Shown here one piece after another: positions 13,440 to 27,415 of a DNA stretch of 64,000 bases. The stretch spans positions 51,276,001-51,340,000 of the forward strand of contig CM097885.1 in the NCBI GenBank assembly GCA_044892525.1, written 5' to 3'. Numbering within the stretch: the stretch's first letter is position 1; each line of letters opens with the position of its first letter. The stretch is from Schmidtea polychroa (taxonomy: Eukaryota). Made by a program: the position numbers and the translations under genes. The notes under the pieces were generated by a model. It saw only the letters and a program-made list of their open reading frames with translations, ran no database searches and was not told the origin of the DNA.

Positions 13440-15345
13440 GAAATATGATTTAGAGAAGATGATAACAGAACTTTCCAAATTGAATCGGAAGATTTATATT
13501 TTTTCCATCAGATAAAAGAAACAGCTGTATGTTTAATCTGCCACGATTCTATTTCAATTTTAAAATCTTATAACTTGAAAAGACATTTCAAACAAAAACA
13601 TGGTGACATTGATGAACTTAATATTAGAGAACGAAAAGCTAAGTTACATGTCTTAAAGAAAAATCTAAAAGCGCAACAAAAAATATTTCACGAGCAAATT
13701 TTACTATCAAAAGACATTGTATGTGCTAGCTTATGAATATCTCACATTATTGCCAAGAAAATGAAACCATTTTCAGACGGTGCCTACATAAAAGAGTGTC
13801 TTATTGCCGCGATCAAAGAAATATGTCGGGAAAAAGTTAAATATTTTGCCCAAATTAGTCTCTCCCATCAATCAGTAGTAAGAATAATAGCTGATATCTC
13901 TACGAATATTTCGGTATCGCTCAATACAATTGTAAAAGGTTTCATTTATTTCTTACTGGCTTTGGAAGAAACTACTGATATTAATGACACTGCACAGCCT
14001 TCTATTTTTATAAGGGGTGTTAATTGTGAAATGAATGTTACAGAAGAGTTGCTTGATCTTATAAGTTTAAAAAATACCACTACCGGAAGAGATCTAAAAG
14101 AAGCAGTCATAAATTGCATAGAAATTCGGCAAATAGATTTTAAAAATCTTGTTGGAATCATGACAGATGGGGCACCCTCAATGGTTGGAAAAAATTTGGT
14201 GCTGTTAATTTAATTCTTGAACATAAAAAAGATTTGGAGGAAAGTTCAAATGATTTTGAAATGTTTATTTGCCATTGTTTTTTTCATCTTGAGAATCTAT
14301 GTGCAAAGTTTAAAATATGCCTCATGTAATGTCAGTTGTTGTTAAGGTAATTAATGCAATTAAAAATAATTCATTAAAGCATCGCCAATTTCAAGAATTA
14401 CTTGATGAACTCGACTCCGAATATGAAAATCTTATTTATTATACCAAAATTAGATGGTTAAATCGTGGAAATTGTCTATTAAGATTAAGGAATTTAAGAG
14501 ATGAAATTCATATTTTTATGGAAAAAATGGAAATAAGATATGTGAATTTTACGATGACCAATGGCTCTTAGATTTATGTTTTATAATAGATATAACTATG
14601 AAATTAAACGATTTAAATCTGAAGCTACAAGGTGAAACTAGAATAATTACGGAATGTTACCAAGATATAAAATCCTTCATAACAAAACTTAGGCTCTATT
14701 AAAATCAACTAAGATCGAATATTTCAATTCATTTTCCATTGTTAAATAACTTTCATAGTGACCATAAAGATTTTTTGAAATATTCCAATAAAGTTACCAA
14801 ATCAATAAAAGAATTCGATGCCAGATTTTCATATTTGTAAAAATATGAGGAATTGTTCAAAATATTGTCAACTCCTTTTAATATTGAAGTTTAATCGGCA
14901 CCTACAAATTTGCAAATGGAATTAATAGAGGTACAATCGAGTTTAAATTTGAAGTGTTTGTTTGATAGTAATAATAAGCTCGATTTCTATCAGAAATATA
15001 TCATAGAGGATAAATATTCAAAATTAAAACGACTAATCATGTGCATTACAGCAGTTTTTGGAACGACATATCGGTGTGAATCATTTTCTTCAAAGTTATA
15101 GGTAGTAAAAACGAAATGCCGAAGCAATTTGCTTGGCGAAAATGCGACCAATCAATTGCGATGCGCCTCTTCTAAATTACCAGTCGATGTGAAAAAAATA
15201 TCAAAAAATATAAAAAAAGCAAGTGTCACAGTAATTAAAGGCTAATAAAATAGTTTTAATAAATATTTTTAATTTTTTATATGTGCGGCCTACTAAACTT
15301 CAAAATAAATATGGCACTCCAAGCGATTCGGGTTGGTCACCCCTG
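13440..15345 (+). mobile_element. Degraded Buster/SPIN-like hAT transposon (transposase pseudogene ~13440-15234 plus right end)
   Basis: AVCLIC..YNLKRHF BED-finger region, TDGAPSMVG, FGTTYRCES, and several stops/frameshifts. The right end GTTGGTCACCCCTG is followed by ATTTAGAC (NNNTANNN Buster-type target). Left end not found. Confidence 0.85.
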
Positions 15346-18300
15346 ATTTAGACAGTATATCATATACGTTAGCATTTTCATTATTTTCAAATCTGAGCTT
15401 GAATATGTCGCAATTATTTTATTATTATTCAGTAGTTTTGTCATCTAGAAACTTCCTTTATAGTTAAAAATTATTTTTGAAACTATTATCTCACTAGTTT
15501 TAAACTTATTTTCTATATTTTTATATATATATATATATGTGTTTATTATTATTCCAGTTAAGAAAAGTTATGATGAAATTATTTACGTATATTTTTCTTT
15601 TATCAATAGAAAATAGGAAAAGCTTAATCAAAAATTTATATTTTAACGGTATAACAATAATAAATAATACATAAAATTATTTGTCAACGAATTTGTCAAA
15701 ACGTTCGATCAGTCTCCAAAGTATAAACTTGATTCTTTTTTCATTTATCTTTTTCTGGTGAAGGTAAGAGCAGTCTAAACATGAAAGGATAAATGTAAAT
15801 GATTAATTAATTATGATTATTTAATTAAATGATAAATTAATTAAATTAAAATTTTGTTGACAACATCAATAAGTATTTTTGAAAACAAAATTGCCGAGTT
15901 TGGAAAGCTAAATAAAATAAAATATTTTGCGAAATTTTTGTAATTAAACAAAAACAAAAGTTTTTATGAACTAAATTTCTTAATGGCTATTGGAGAGAGA
16001 ATAAAAATGATTTTAAAATGAAATTTAAAATTTTAATGAAGTGAAATAAAACCCATTTCACTTTCACTTTGATGATCAATTTTTGAGTGAAGGAAATATC
16101 GTTGAAATGTAAAATGCTTAATATTTGTTTTATTTGAAATTTTTTAATTGACTTCGAAGTGAGTTGGGAAACTTGAAAATGTTTACATAGAATAAGTATT
16201 AGTTTGCAGATTGCGATAGTCAGAATTCCAATGTGGATAAAGGAGATGTGTAAATATATTGATAAAAAACAATTTTTTAACTTTTCTAGATATTATGAAA
16301 TTGTTTCAAAAATATTTGAATTGTGAATTAAGAATTTAGAATTTAAAAATTGATAATTTTAAAATATTTAAATTCTTTCTAAAACAAATTTGTTCAAATA
16401 TATGAAAATTTATTTGAAAAAAATAATTTTAAATTATGCGATTTGATCAAATATATATATTAATCTTTTGGTGGTGAAAATATGAAGATCGACGAATGCT
16501 TTGAGAAATTTGACCTAATTTGCAAGTTTAATAAAAATTAAATCTTTCTAGCTATCTATATGTCAATTGTTTTGATTTGATTTCGAGCTCTGATGTAATA
16601 TTAAGTGTGAAACCCACTATAGAACTGTGTGGTGCGGTAAATTTGGATGTAAACTAAAATTTCATGTAACCACATGTAAACACAAGACGATTCAAAGAAA
16701 GATTTATTACAATTGTCTACTTTGATTAAGGAATTGAAACAAAAAAAAACTTTGAATAAGTAATTACTTGAAATATTAATGTAAATTTAGGGTTATGGTT
16801 ACATGTCTAAAATTTAATGTTAAGTAAGTATAAGAAAATAATCTTGTCAAAATTGTGCAAACAACAAATAATAATTTCCTGATGACTTTGGAACAGGTTC
16901 AATAAGAAAGTTTTAATTTTTAAGAAACTCACATATTATGAAGGACTAATGTTTTGGAAATTAAAATGAAGAAATTTAAAAATTTATGAGAATATTATAT
17001 AAACAAATAATAAAATCATCATATTAAACCAATAGAAATTAAGTAACTATTTTTTATTAATGACTTCACATTATTGAGATTATACTTTCAATTTCACCAT
17101 AGAAACAATAGTTTAAAAATATTTCTTTTTTACTAAATAAATTGATGAAATGGTCAAAGTTGAAGTAATGTCGAGAAATTCCGTACAGGCAGTTGAGAAT
17201 TCAACTGTAATGGTCTATTGTAACAATAAAATGAAGAAAATTTAACTTAATTTAATTATTTTATATTTTACTGGAATTTTCGGAACAAATCTATCTTTTA
17301 CGCAAATATTTGTAAAGTATATAGTATTTTTATTGTAAACATTTTAAAATTATTCGCAAGAAGTTAATTAATTATTTATGAAAATATATATTGGAACGTA
17401 TTTTATCTATCAGTTTGTAAATTTTAAAAAATATCATTTTTTCAGTTATAAAATTTTATTATATCTTTTGTCATAATAGTTACATTTGTATATTTACGCT
17501 CTTATATGATGCAGATTTTAACAATTTTTTGTATATAAAAATATATGTTATTTGAATTCCATATATTTTACAATTTGTAAAATGCTTAGCAGCTTTTAAC
17601 TTAAAGTTATAATTTTAGGAAATTAAAGTAAATAACACAAAAAACATCAATTTTCAATACAAGTATTTTAAGTAAAAAATGAAAAGTTACACTTTGTATC
17701 CACCTATCTAGTTCTCAATAATAAATTAGTGAAATATCTCAAAATATTAATTTATATTACAAATAATTTAAAATTTTTAAAGTAAAAATCAATTTATTGA
17801 TGAATGATTATACAAACATGGCAATTATATGATTATAAGAAAGCGCCACTTTGACAAATATATATATATATTATATGTTTGTATAATTTATAGATTAAAT
17901 TAAAATTTAAACATTAATATTTATTATAATTTAAAAAACTCAAAATTAATTAATTAATTATAAAGTTTTATTAGTAAATAAATTACAGTTAAACCATTAA
18001 TAAAAAAATAATTCAATAATAATTAAATTTTTTGATAAGTCAATATTTGTCAATATTATCAAATGTTCAATAAATTACTGAAAATAATGTGTTTTAATTA
18101 TAAAATGTACAGAAATAGTTGATTGTGTTTTCACAAGACAGTAATATTAGAAATATATACAGTATATATTGAATTATTGTTTGATTCACAACTTTTTATA
18201 TTATGTTTTTTGATAACTGCAGAATCGTGTATTAGCAACGATGGTGTACATGTTGAAAATATACAGGAACATTAAAAACTTTTTATGTTTCTTATTTCTT

Positions 18301-19796
18301 TGTGATTTGTTTTAGAGATTCTTTATCCCATTTAGTTACATACCTAAAGATAATTTTATTTGCAAACTGACTTTATGAACTTCTTGTAATATATTTTTAT
18401 ATTTTTCAGATGTTTATTGATTTAAAAATGATTTTTAAATGAAATTTTTTTTAAATTTATTGAAATGTAATAGAAAATAAATTAAACTATCTTAGGTACT
18501 CGATGTCAAAATTTAGTAAATAAAATAAAAAATAACGGCAAAAAGGTTGAAATAATTATGTGAAATGTAAAAAATAGATTTTAGTATAGATTTTATATTT
18601 GAGAAATATTTTTTCGACGGCAAAGAAAGAGAACAAGGAAAAAATGTAGATTATTTAATTGATAATATCGACTCTGAATTTTTAACTAATAAAGAAAATT
18701 TTCTGCAAAAATTTCCACCAATCACATAACATAATAAATATTTAATCGTACTGTAATTTTCATTTTCAATATTTCCTTTAACATTATTTATGATAAAATT
18801 TATTCCCGTTATAAAAATGTAATGTTATTCAACAGTATTGTTTTTGGAATTCTTAGACATTTTGGAGTTGTTTATTTTGCATTTTTCTATATTTATGGAT
18901 ATTCATTTGATCAGTTCCCTTTGTATACGATTTGTCGATCTAGCAATGGCCATTTTGAAAAATGCTTAAACAAGGAAAATTATCATGATAAAGGTAATTT
19001 TTGATTTTTGTTTTAATTTCCTTTCATTGACATTAAAATATATCTTTTATCTGATAATTATATAGTACTTTTAGTTTCTCAATCAATTTTGCTCGTCGTT
19101 GGTATTCTTTTGTTTCAATTAATTTAAAACTGGTTCCGGTTTTATTGAAATATTTCTCAGTAGGCAATGTCAGGATTAAATTATTAATAAATATAACTTT
19201 CAAACATTTAAAATTGTAAACTAATATTTTCTTTAACAATAATATTAATAAATAAAATCGTATTTTAATAATTATAATTATGATAAATAGTAATTAAAAA
19301 GTAATTATAATAAAAAGTTATAATTAATTATAATAACTAAACCTTTTTCGCTCACTTTTGCCTCTTCACTTTGATTTTAAATTTCAATGGTATGTCAGTG
19401 ATTCCTTTTTTAAATGTTTTTTTTCAAAATACAAAATTTTAAAATATTACAATAAATATTGAAATTTTTTATTAAATATTTTTTTTTAATATTATTAAAT
19501 ATTTTTATTAAATTTTTGGCCCTGTTAACTCTAATTTTGAAATCTTGTTAATATTGCAATGTTTCCAATTTTCTAATTTTCTCTAAGATTTTTTTCAAAA
19601 TATTTATTAATATTATTAACAAATATTTATATTAATACTAATATTAGCCAGAGCCGGATTAAACTTTTCAGGCCTGTTTCAGAACTATAGTGTAGGCCCC
19701 TTAGATGCTTGCAGAAACATATAATTCAATTTTAATTAAATTTTCAATTAGGGCGCATACTAGGCTACACTTACCCGTTCTATGTTGTGCATAATG

Positions 19797-21720
19797 TTAA
19801 AAATCTCGACGACGACTCTTAATTGCTGAGAAAGAGTCAATGATATCCTGAAAGTCAAGGCTTTGGACAATTTCGTATTCAATATCCATCAGTGTTAAGC
19901 TGCTTAATCTTTCTTGAGCCAGGGTTGACATCACAGGATTTTTAATGCGTTTGAGATGACTGAAGGAGCGTTCACCGCTGCAGTTAGAAACCGGCAAAGT
20001 TAGATAAATGCGCAAAGCGACATACACATTTGCAAATCTTGTCTGAAGATTCAATTCATTCAAAAGTTTCAAGTGGTGTTTTCTTTGTCGGTAATGATCG
20101 CATTTCTTTTAGAAAAGTTCTCCACTGAATCCACTCAACACAGAGTTCATCAGTGATATCATCAGAGTATAATTCTATAAACAATTTCAAAGATTCCCTT
20201 GATGCAGTGCTGTTTTCATCATCCGCATATAAAATATAACAACGATCGTCGATTGCTTTATATGCTGCAATTCTACGGTTAAGATAGGTAACAAGTGAAT
20301 CAATTATAACATAATAGGTATCAACTTTGAACTTCTCTTCACCCGTTAAAATAACAGCTGACTCTTTGCTATCGTCCGCTCTGCGTTTTGGTTGACGTGT
20401 GCGTCTTGTTTTGAATTTCTTTTCAGAGCACAATTCTGCCGCGCTATCTCGATAAAAATTCAAACTTATTTCTCTGAGATACTAGAAATTCCGATGATGA
20501 CTTCAGTAGTCCTACTGCAGTGCATAGATCCATTTTTTCTGATTGCAACAGCTGGCTTATATCATTTATGCGTTCCAAAATGGTATTCCAAAAACACACC
20601 AAGAACACTGTTTCCAACTTATCCATGACATTCGCTAAATTTGTTGCTTCTGATCTCGTTTCTTTCTTTTGCAAACTGTTGCTGCCAATTTCTTGCAAAA
20701 CAGATTGGTAGGTTTTATAGTGCTGATACATACTTCGTAGTCCAACAGCATAAGCAGACCACCGCGTGTCACTCAACCGTTTTGGAAGTAGTGCAGACTT
20801 TGACTTATCCGTTTCGATTACCTTTCGGCTGACAGCATCTTTGACAAGATTCCATCTATATGTCGAATCAGACAAGAAAACATAAATTTTCTGAACAAAT
20901 CCGAAAAATGCAACTGCTTCAGTGCAAGCGTCAACAGCTGCAACCCCAGACAGATTCAGTGAGTGTGCCATACAAGGAATATAGGACGCCGTTTTTATGA
21001 TTTCAATTATACGTGCCTGTACACCAAAATATTGTCCAGAAATATTGCTGGCATTGTCGTATGTTTGACCTCTGCAGTCATTTAAATCAATATCAAGATC
21101 GCGAAAAGTTTCAACAATTGTATCGAAGAGATGAAGACCGGTGTGTGACGAAATTTGAACAAATTTTAGAAAACGTTCAACAGGTTGGCCATTACTTTTC
21201 ACATAGCGAACCGTGAAAGTTAATTGATCTGTGTATGATATATCAGGCGTAGAATCAACACTGAAGGAAAAATAATTTGTCCTTTTTAATTCATCAATAA
21301 TAGCTTTGGTGACTTTTCTGGCCATTAGACCCACAAATTCTTCATAAGTGGTGGATGATAGGTATGATGTGATGCCACGTCCAGCATTTCCATATGTGTC
21401 AATATGTCCCGCAATAAATGAATCATATTCGGCTAAGTACTCCAAACAACCCAAAAAGTTTCCATTATCTGCACTTCCAAAGGTTTCTGAAGATCCTCTG
21501 AGTGATAATCCACGCGATGTGAGGAATTTTATTGTTGAAACAACTCTCTTTAAGACTTCTCTCCAATAATTTTTTTGCTTACCAGCGTGCTCCCAAATTG
21601 ATTTGTCCAAAGTCTGGACATTGGATATACGCGTTGCATAAGTGGTTAGAGCGTATCTGTGATCAGCAGATTTTTCGTGTTGTTCAAGTCGATTTATGGT
21701 ACTCCAGCTGTCAAATCCTA
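19797..21720 (-). pseudogene. hAT transposase, two frameshifts, 5' end lost
   Basis: ORFs 20444-21751, 20056-20463 and 19797-20072. Motifs SVDSTPD, GQTYDNA, CMAHSLNL, TRW, and the hATC motif ERSFSHLKRIK. Confidence 0.9.
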
Positions 21721-22122
21721 ACATTCTACTATACCGGTTAGATAATCTCAAGATAGCGAGGCTAGAAGAGTGTTATAATGCAATGATTTTGTAGCACATG
21801 TGGGATAAATATTGGATTCCTTGTATAAATACAATATGTCAAGTTATTTATCTCCTATAACCATATATACAAATATAAATTGTGGTAGTATTCAGTTGAC
21901 AGAAGAAAGTTTCAAGTTTCCAGATATAATTATATGCTGCGCCAACGATGCCAACGACCGTAGGCCCATCACCCGGTCTGCTCAAATACAATCGGGTACA
22001 TACATGCTACTAATGCCTACAGCCATGGACTCTATATCATAATAACAGCTTATCTCGATATAGATGTGCATCTTAACCCGACTGTAAGGGATACAAGACT
22101 TATCTGGCTATATCATCTTACA
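21719..22122 (+). mobile_element. Probable 3' end of an LTR retrotransposon (purine tract plus LTR 21771-22122) nested in the hAT
   Basis: Purine-rich GCGAGGCTAGAAGAG directly precedes TGTTA..., the block ends ...TTACA and has an internal TATAAAT. It replaces the transposase N-terminus. Confidence 0.45.
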
Positions 22123-23080
22123 TAAAATAATAAGAACCATATGTTTTTGTTCTATTTTATTTAACCGACAAATATTGTAAATTTATTAATTTCATAGTAG
22201 GCCCCATAACTTGTTAAGTTACGAGTGGGCCCGTTTCAATTGAAACATTTGCAATATGGTTAATCCGGCACTGATATTAGCGAATAATAATATTACAAAT
22301 AATAAATTTACTTTAACAGAACATTTCAAATTTACTAAATTTAAAATTTGATTCTAGCAAAAATTTATTATTATTTTTTATATAAATTTAATTAATGTAA
22401 AATATTCAAGAATCTTTAAGAATAAAAATAAAAATATAATTATGTTTAAAGTTCTTGAATTACAAATAGAAAGTTTTTATTCTATGTTTTATTACAAAAT
22501 TGAAAACTTTTTAGAAATTTTAAAAATTTAAAAATTTAATATTATTCGATTTTGTAATTAATTTCTGGAAAAGTTTTAATTTTGACTTATTTTGTTTATT
22601 TCAATCATTGAAAAGGTAGAAAATGAATTTGATAAAGAATGGTCAAACAAACAATGTATGTATCTTCTCTTGGTCTTCTCCCATTAATCATAGTGACAAG
22701 ATAATGGGCCTAAAATTTCCATCTGTTTAATTTTTCTCCTTGTTTACCCGACTCGGGATTTCTTTCTACTTGCTAATTAATTTTAAGTTTTCTTTTGTGA
22801 ATTTTTAACTCTTACGCATCTTTTCGCACTTTTCCTGTCACTTTCTGAAAATTTCATTGTCACCATGTTATTCCTCATTACTTATTCCCCCCGTGACCAA
22901 TTTTCCATATTTTAATTCGAATATTTGAATCCTTTATCAATTTTTCACAATTCACATTTTTTGTGCTTTTCCCCTATAATGATACACCTTCTCAAACTTT
23001 TATTCTCTTTTTATTTTTTTGCACTATCCATTCTCTCCCTGATCAGATTTTAACATTTCTCCTTCATCTAATTATAAATA

Positions 23081-23399
23081 CTAGGGTCTCTGTCCCTGTT
23101 CGCTTCGCTTCACCAACCCCGTTAGAACGTGGGGGTTGATGTTAAAGTTAATATCCATGGTATTCTTAGACAGGATTAAAATTCATTTTATTAATAATTT
23201 TACATAACTATGATAAAAGATAATAGCATAAACCCTTTCCAACTAATATAAAACAATAAGTACAAAACAATAAATACATCATAAAAAAAATTTTAATAAT
23301 AAATAAAAAATAAAAAATAAATAAATAAAACAAAATAAAAAATTTTAAAAAGTAAAATTCGGGTGAAGGGGACCCTTAGCTTTTTTATATATAGAGAGA
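23081..23399 (-). mobile_element. Short non-autonomous Helitron
   Basis: Minus strand begins TCTCTCTATATATAAA after an A and ends CTAG before a T. A GCGAAGC mini-hairpin lies ~20 nt from the 3' end. Confidence 0.65.
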
Positions 23400-23506
23400 T
23401 ATTTGAATTTTAATTTTGATTATTTTATTACCTCAAAATTATTATTATAATTACTATAAAAAACTTTTTTCAATTTTCACCCCTTATTTCTTTTCAATTG
23501 AAATTG

Positions 23507-23671
<165 letters not shown>

Positions 23672-24416
23672 TTATTATTACACATTTTATTTTATGGTTT
23701 AGGTTTGTAGGAAATAAATGTAGGCCATGATATAAACTACCTGTCATTAGGAATATTGTCACTGAATTATTTAATTTCATATTTGTGGAGGGTAAATGGC
23801 ACATGTCAAGAATACAGTGATGTAATGATAGCAAAATAAATTCCAAATAAATTATATTGACAATGAATAATTTATTTGATGGGTTGTTTTAAATTAAAAG
23901 ATTAATACAAAATAGTATGAAATTAAAATAGAAATTTTATAATTGTAATAAAATATATAATAGAACAAGGTAACACAAATATTTTTTATATATATTTGAT
24001 TACTGTAATTTCGCGCATATAACACGAAGGTGGAAATAACCAACTTCCTCATATAAACAGCTAATTTTAATTGAACAAGTAAAAATGAATAGATATACTG
24101 AAAGAGTTTGTATAATGTAAGTTATTTTCAGTAGAAAAATGTATAAGATATATAGATGGTAGACGAGAAAGGATATATGGTTATAGCCTTCGGATTTTAT
24201 GCTCGAAAATACGGTAAATAGTTTATTGGAAATAGTTAAAATTTGACTTATTGGATACAATTTTTACGGAATATAAAATATCGAAAAAGGTATTTATTTT
24301 AATTTAAAAGAGATTTTCTTGAATATTTGATTTTCTTGTTTTTATCTTATTTGATTGAGTTTTATGTTTTAGAAAAGAAATATTATACAATTTGTAGAGA
24401 TTTGTAGATATATATA

Positions 24417-25003
24417 TACTTGAACCTTTTTTGTGCGATAGATGCGTTCTGCGGAAGGTCGCACAAAAAAGCTATGACATATAGAAAAAATGAGATGCGT
24501 TCTAAGAATTATGAAAACCACATAACTTCGAAACAGTCAGTATCGCATAAAATAAGTTTGGAATATGAAGAAAAAAATACACATATGTATATAATTGCTT
24601 TTTAATTATTTTATTAAAAATTAGCAGTCTTGGTTATCAATCACATATACATAAAAGAAAAATCTATCTTAATTACAACTGTCGTCATTGAATAATAATC
24701 TTTGTGCCAATTTTTTGGCATGTGGTTCGAAATCACTTTCGCTTTCGGAAGAACTATCCAATTATTCTGTTTCATTAAAATCAGCATCAATTTCACCACT
24801 TTTCTGCTTTGACATGTTTTTATGCACAGCAAAATCAGTGATCAAAGTTTTATTGGATTTTCTTGATTCAGTGACTAATTGTTTATGCAGTTCTTTATAT
24901 CCAGAAATACAATTGTTGAGCTCGCGTTGAAACTTGAAAGCTCGTTCAGAATTTGAATCTTGAAGAATAAAAAGGTTTTCTAGTTTATTGCAAACCTGTA
25001 GAC
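24417..25003 (-). mobile_element. Tigger/pogo-like transposon 3' fragment
   Basis: ORF 24762-25019 (DSNSERAFKFQRELNNCISGYKEL..KTLITDF) resembles Tigger C-termini. It is cut off by the hAT end at 25004. Confidence 0.5.
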
Positions 25004-25300
25004 CAGGGGTGAGCAACATTTTTAATCAACGAGCCAATTTAAATTTAAAATTTTTGGCGAACATCAGAATAAAGAAATATAAAATATAAAAAAGTAAAGA
25101 TTTCAAAAAAATATTTTAATGAAAAATAAAAATAAACAGGAAAAGAACAATAAAACGAATTTACTTGAAATTTTTAATGAGAAATTTGTAACTGTTTTTT
25201 CGATACAAGCTTATCAATATCAGTCGGAGTTGATGAGGTAGCTACACGTACGCAGCTTTCTAATTGTACATCACTCAATCTTGATCGGTGGTCATTTTTT
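25004..25300 (-). mobile_element. Buster-type hAT end with transposase C-terminal remnant
   Basis: CAGGGGTGAGCAAC preceded by CTGTAGAC (NNNTANNN). The minus strand reads HRSRLSDVQLESCVRVATS..QISH*. Confidence 0.7.
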
Positions 25301-26168
25301 TTAAATTTATTTGTACATGAAATTAATAATACTATTGAATATTTTACATTTTTTTAATTTTGACATTCTTTTTTTTAATAAAAAAACAAAAAGTCATTTA
25401 TATAAGATATATCTTTAGAAAAATGAACGTCATTTGATAGATTTTCGTTTTTTAAATTCTTATTTATGCCTCAGCTTATTATGAATATATATATATATAT
25501 ATATATGCTTATATTTACATATAACTAAATGATAAAAACAAAGTAAACTCTGAAAATTTAAGATAGTAAAAAAACAACCTATATATAACTTTAAAATCAA
25601 GACGTTTTTGCTTCAGATATATTTCCACTTCTGATAAAAGCAATTTTAATTCTAAAATTAAAATTCATTAAAATTATAAAATAAAAATATTAATATAAAT
25701 TAAAATAGAAGCGCACTTGAAAAACAAAGAAGATGAAATCACACGTCCTCACTTATAATCTGCCAAAGACACACTGAACAATGAATTTGTGCTATAGGAG
25801 AGAGTAGAAGACAATAGTTTACATGGATATCCAATATCTATTGGCGCCGGCCACATTCTATTAACAATGGCCAGCTTTTTAGCAAAACAAAACCGCATGG
25901 ACTCCCCTGTTACGCATATGCATGTGACTCATGTTTAGCAAGCCGTTTTAAAATGAACAAGCTATACGACTACGTTAAAATATGAAAATAGTACATGTTT
26001 ATACCTATTTATATAAAAAAGAGGTTTGAGTGTATTTAGAATTATAAAATATTGTTTATAAAGTTTTTTTGAATTTTATTTATCTTTATTTAATGTACAA
26101 CCTTGGATTAATATGTTTTAATTAAAAAAATCTATTTGCACTGACTTTTTCAAAACTTAATATTTATA

Positions 26169-26808
26169 AGTAGGGTATTGTGTGGACCCGGGAACAAAGA
26201 CATATGACGTCATCGATGACGTCACAAAGACATATTACGTCATACCCCGGGGGAGGGGGTTTTTTTTTTTTTTTTTAATTTTTTTTTTAAATTTATATTA
26301 CGTTGCGGTATTTTAAAATTTATATTACGTTGCGGTATTTTAAAATATATATTACGTTGCGGTATTTTAAAATTTATATTACGTTGCGGTATTTTAAAAT
26401 TTATATTACGTTGCGGTATTTTAAAATATATATTACGTTGCGGTATTTTAAAATTTATATTACGTTGCGGTATTTTAAAATTTATTATATTTTAATTATT
26501 AAATATATTACGTTGCGGTATTTTAAAAACTTATTGATAAAAGTTTAATAAAATTATTATTACACACACACAATATAGTCTACCCGACAAAATATTCTGT
26601 TCCCCTATGGTCATACACACACAATGTATAAAAATATTATTAGTGTCCACACACGCAACAAGTTAGTGTTCTCATTGATATATTATTAATCTATATACTC
26701 CGAGTCTATCCGACAAAATATTCTGTCCCCCTATGGGTACTGCTCACAAGGGTACTGGTCACGCTCAACAACTCGCAAGGGTATTAATAAACAATGTAAT
26801 AAAACATA

Positions 26809-26874
<66 letters not shown>
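26169..26874 (+). repeat. Left TIR (706 bp)
   Basis: Inverted match to 41155-41794. Contains a CRE palindrome, a G-run, eight copies of a 27-bp unit and (ATT)n. Confidence 0.95.
26205..26224. promoter_or_regulatory. Perfect 20-bp palindrome of two CRE/ATF sites (TGACGTCATCGATGACGTCA)
   Basis: Read directly; mirrored in the right TIR. Confidence 0.6.
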
Positions 26875-26875
<1 letters not shown>

Positions 26876-26947
26876 TTTCTGTAGATATATGAATAAAAAT
26901 TAATGTTATTGTTTTTAATAGTATATTTAAATGAAAATAATTCAATT

Positions 26948-27282
26948 TTAAAATTTATTAACACATTCGCAATCGTCATCTCCACATTTCATTATATTTT
27001 CAACGACATGATCAATACAATCATTCGTAATATTATCTTTAGGTTCCTCTATAGGTTCATAGATTTCGTCATCAATTTCTTGAGTTTCTTCATGATTGTC
27101 AAATCCTGAATCTTGACTCTCAGCTACCCAGCTGATATTTAAGGCATTTGTAATAGATAATATATCCTCAATTTTTACACCAGCTATTTCTGCTAACTTT
27201 TCCAACAAAAAGTTGATTAATAATTCTAAATAATAAATAATTCGGTATTTAATTAATCATGTTAACCTTTTTCTGTAGTCAT
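26948..27282 (-). CDS. Acidic hypothetical protein, ~97 aa, predicted 2 exons (27282-27267, 27225-26948)
   Basis: A 41-nt GT..AG phase-1 intron joins MTTEK-E in frame to ORF 26948-27208. Confidence 0.55.
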
Positions 27283-27415
27283 TAATAACACTTTAAAACT
27301 ATATTATAAGTTTGTTTATAGATTTTCTTTGTTAAATTTGCATGTCATTTGCATTAATGTTGCAATTAATAAAGAGAAAAAACAAATATGACTAATACAT
27401 TTATTAAATATAACA

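Larger units (their letters stand above)
19649..22273 (-). mobile_element. hAT transposon (ZMYM1/Tip100-like transposase), defective
   Basis: TIR CAG(A/T)GCCGGATTAA; 8-bp TSD ATATTAGC at 19641-19648 and 22274-22281. Confidence 0.92.

Noticed and set aside
26290..26530. 27-bp repeat array as a CRISPR array, and the RYFKIYITL ORFs (26303-26548, 41471-41662)
   Set aside because: Direct tandem units without unique spacers, eukaryotic context and no cas genes; the ORFs are repeat translations.
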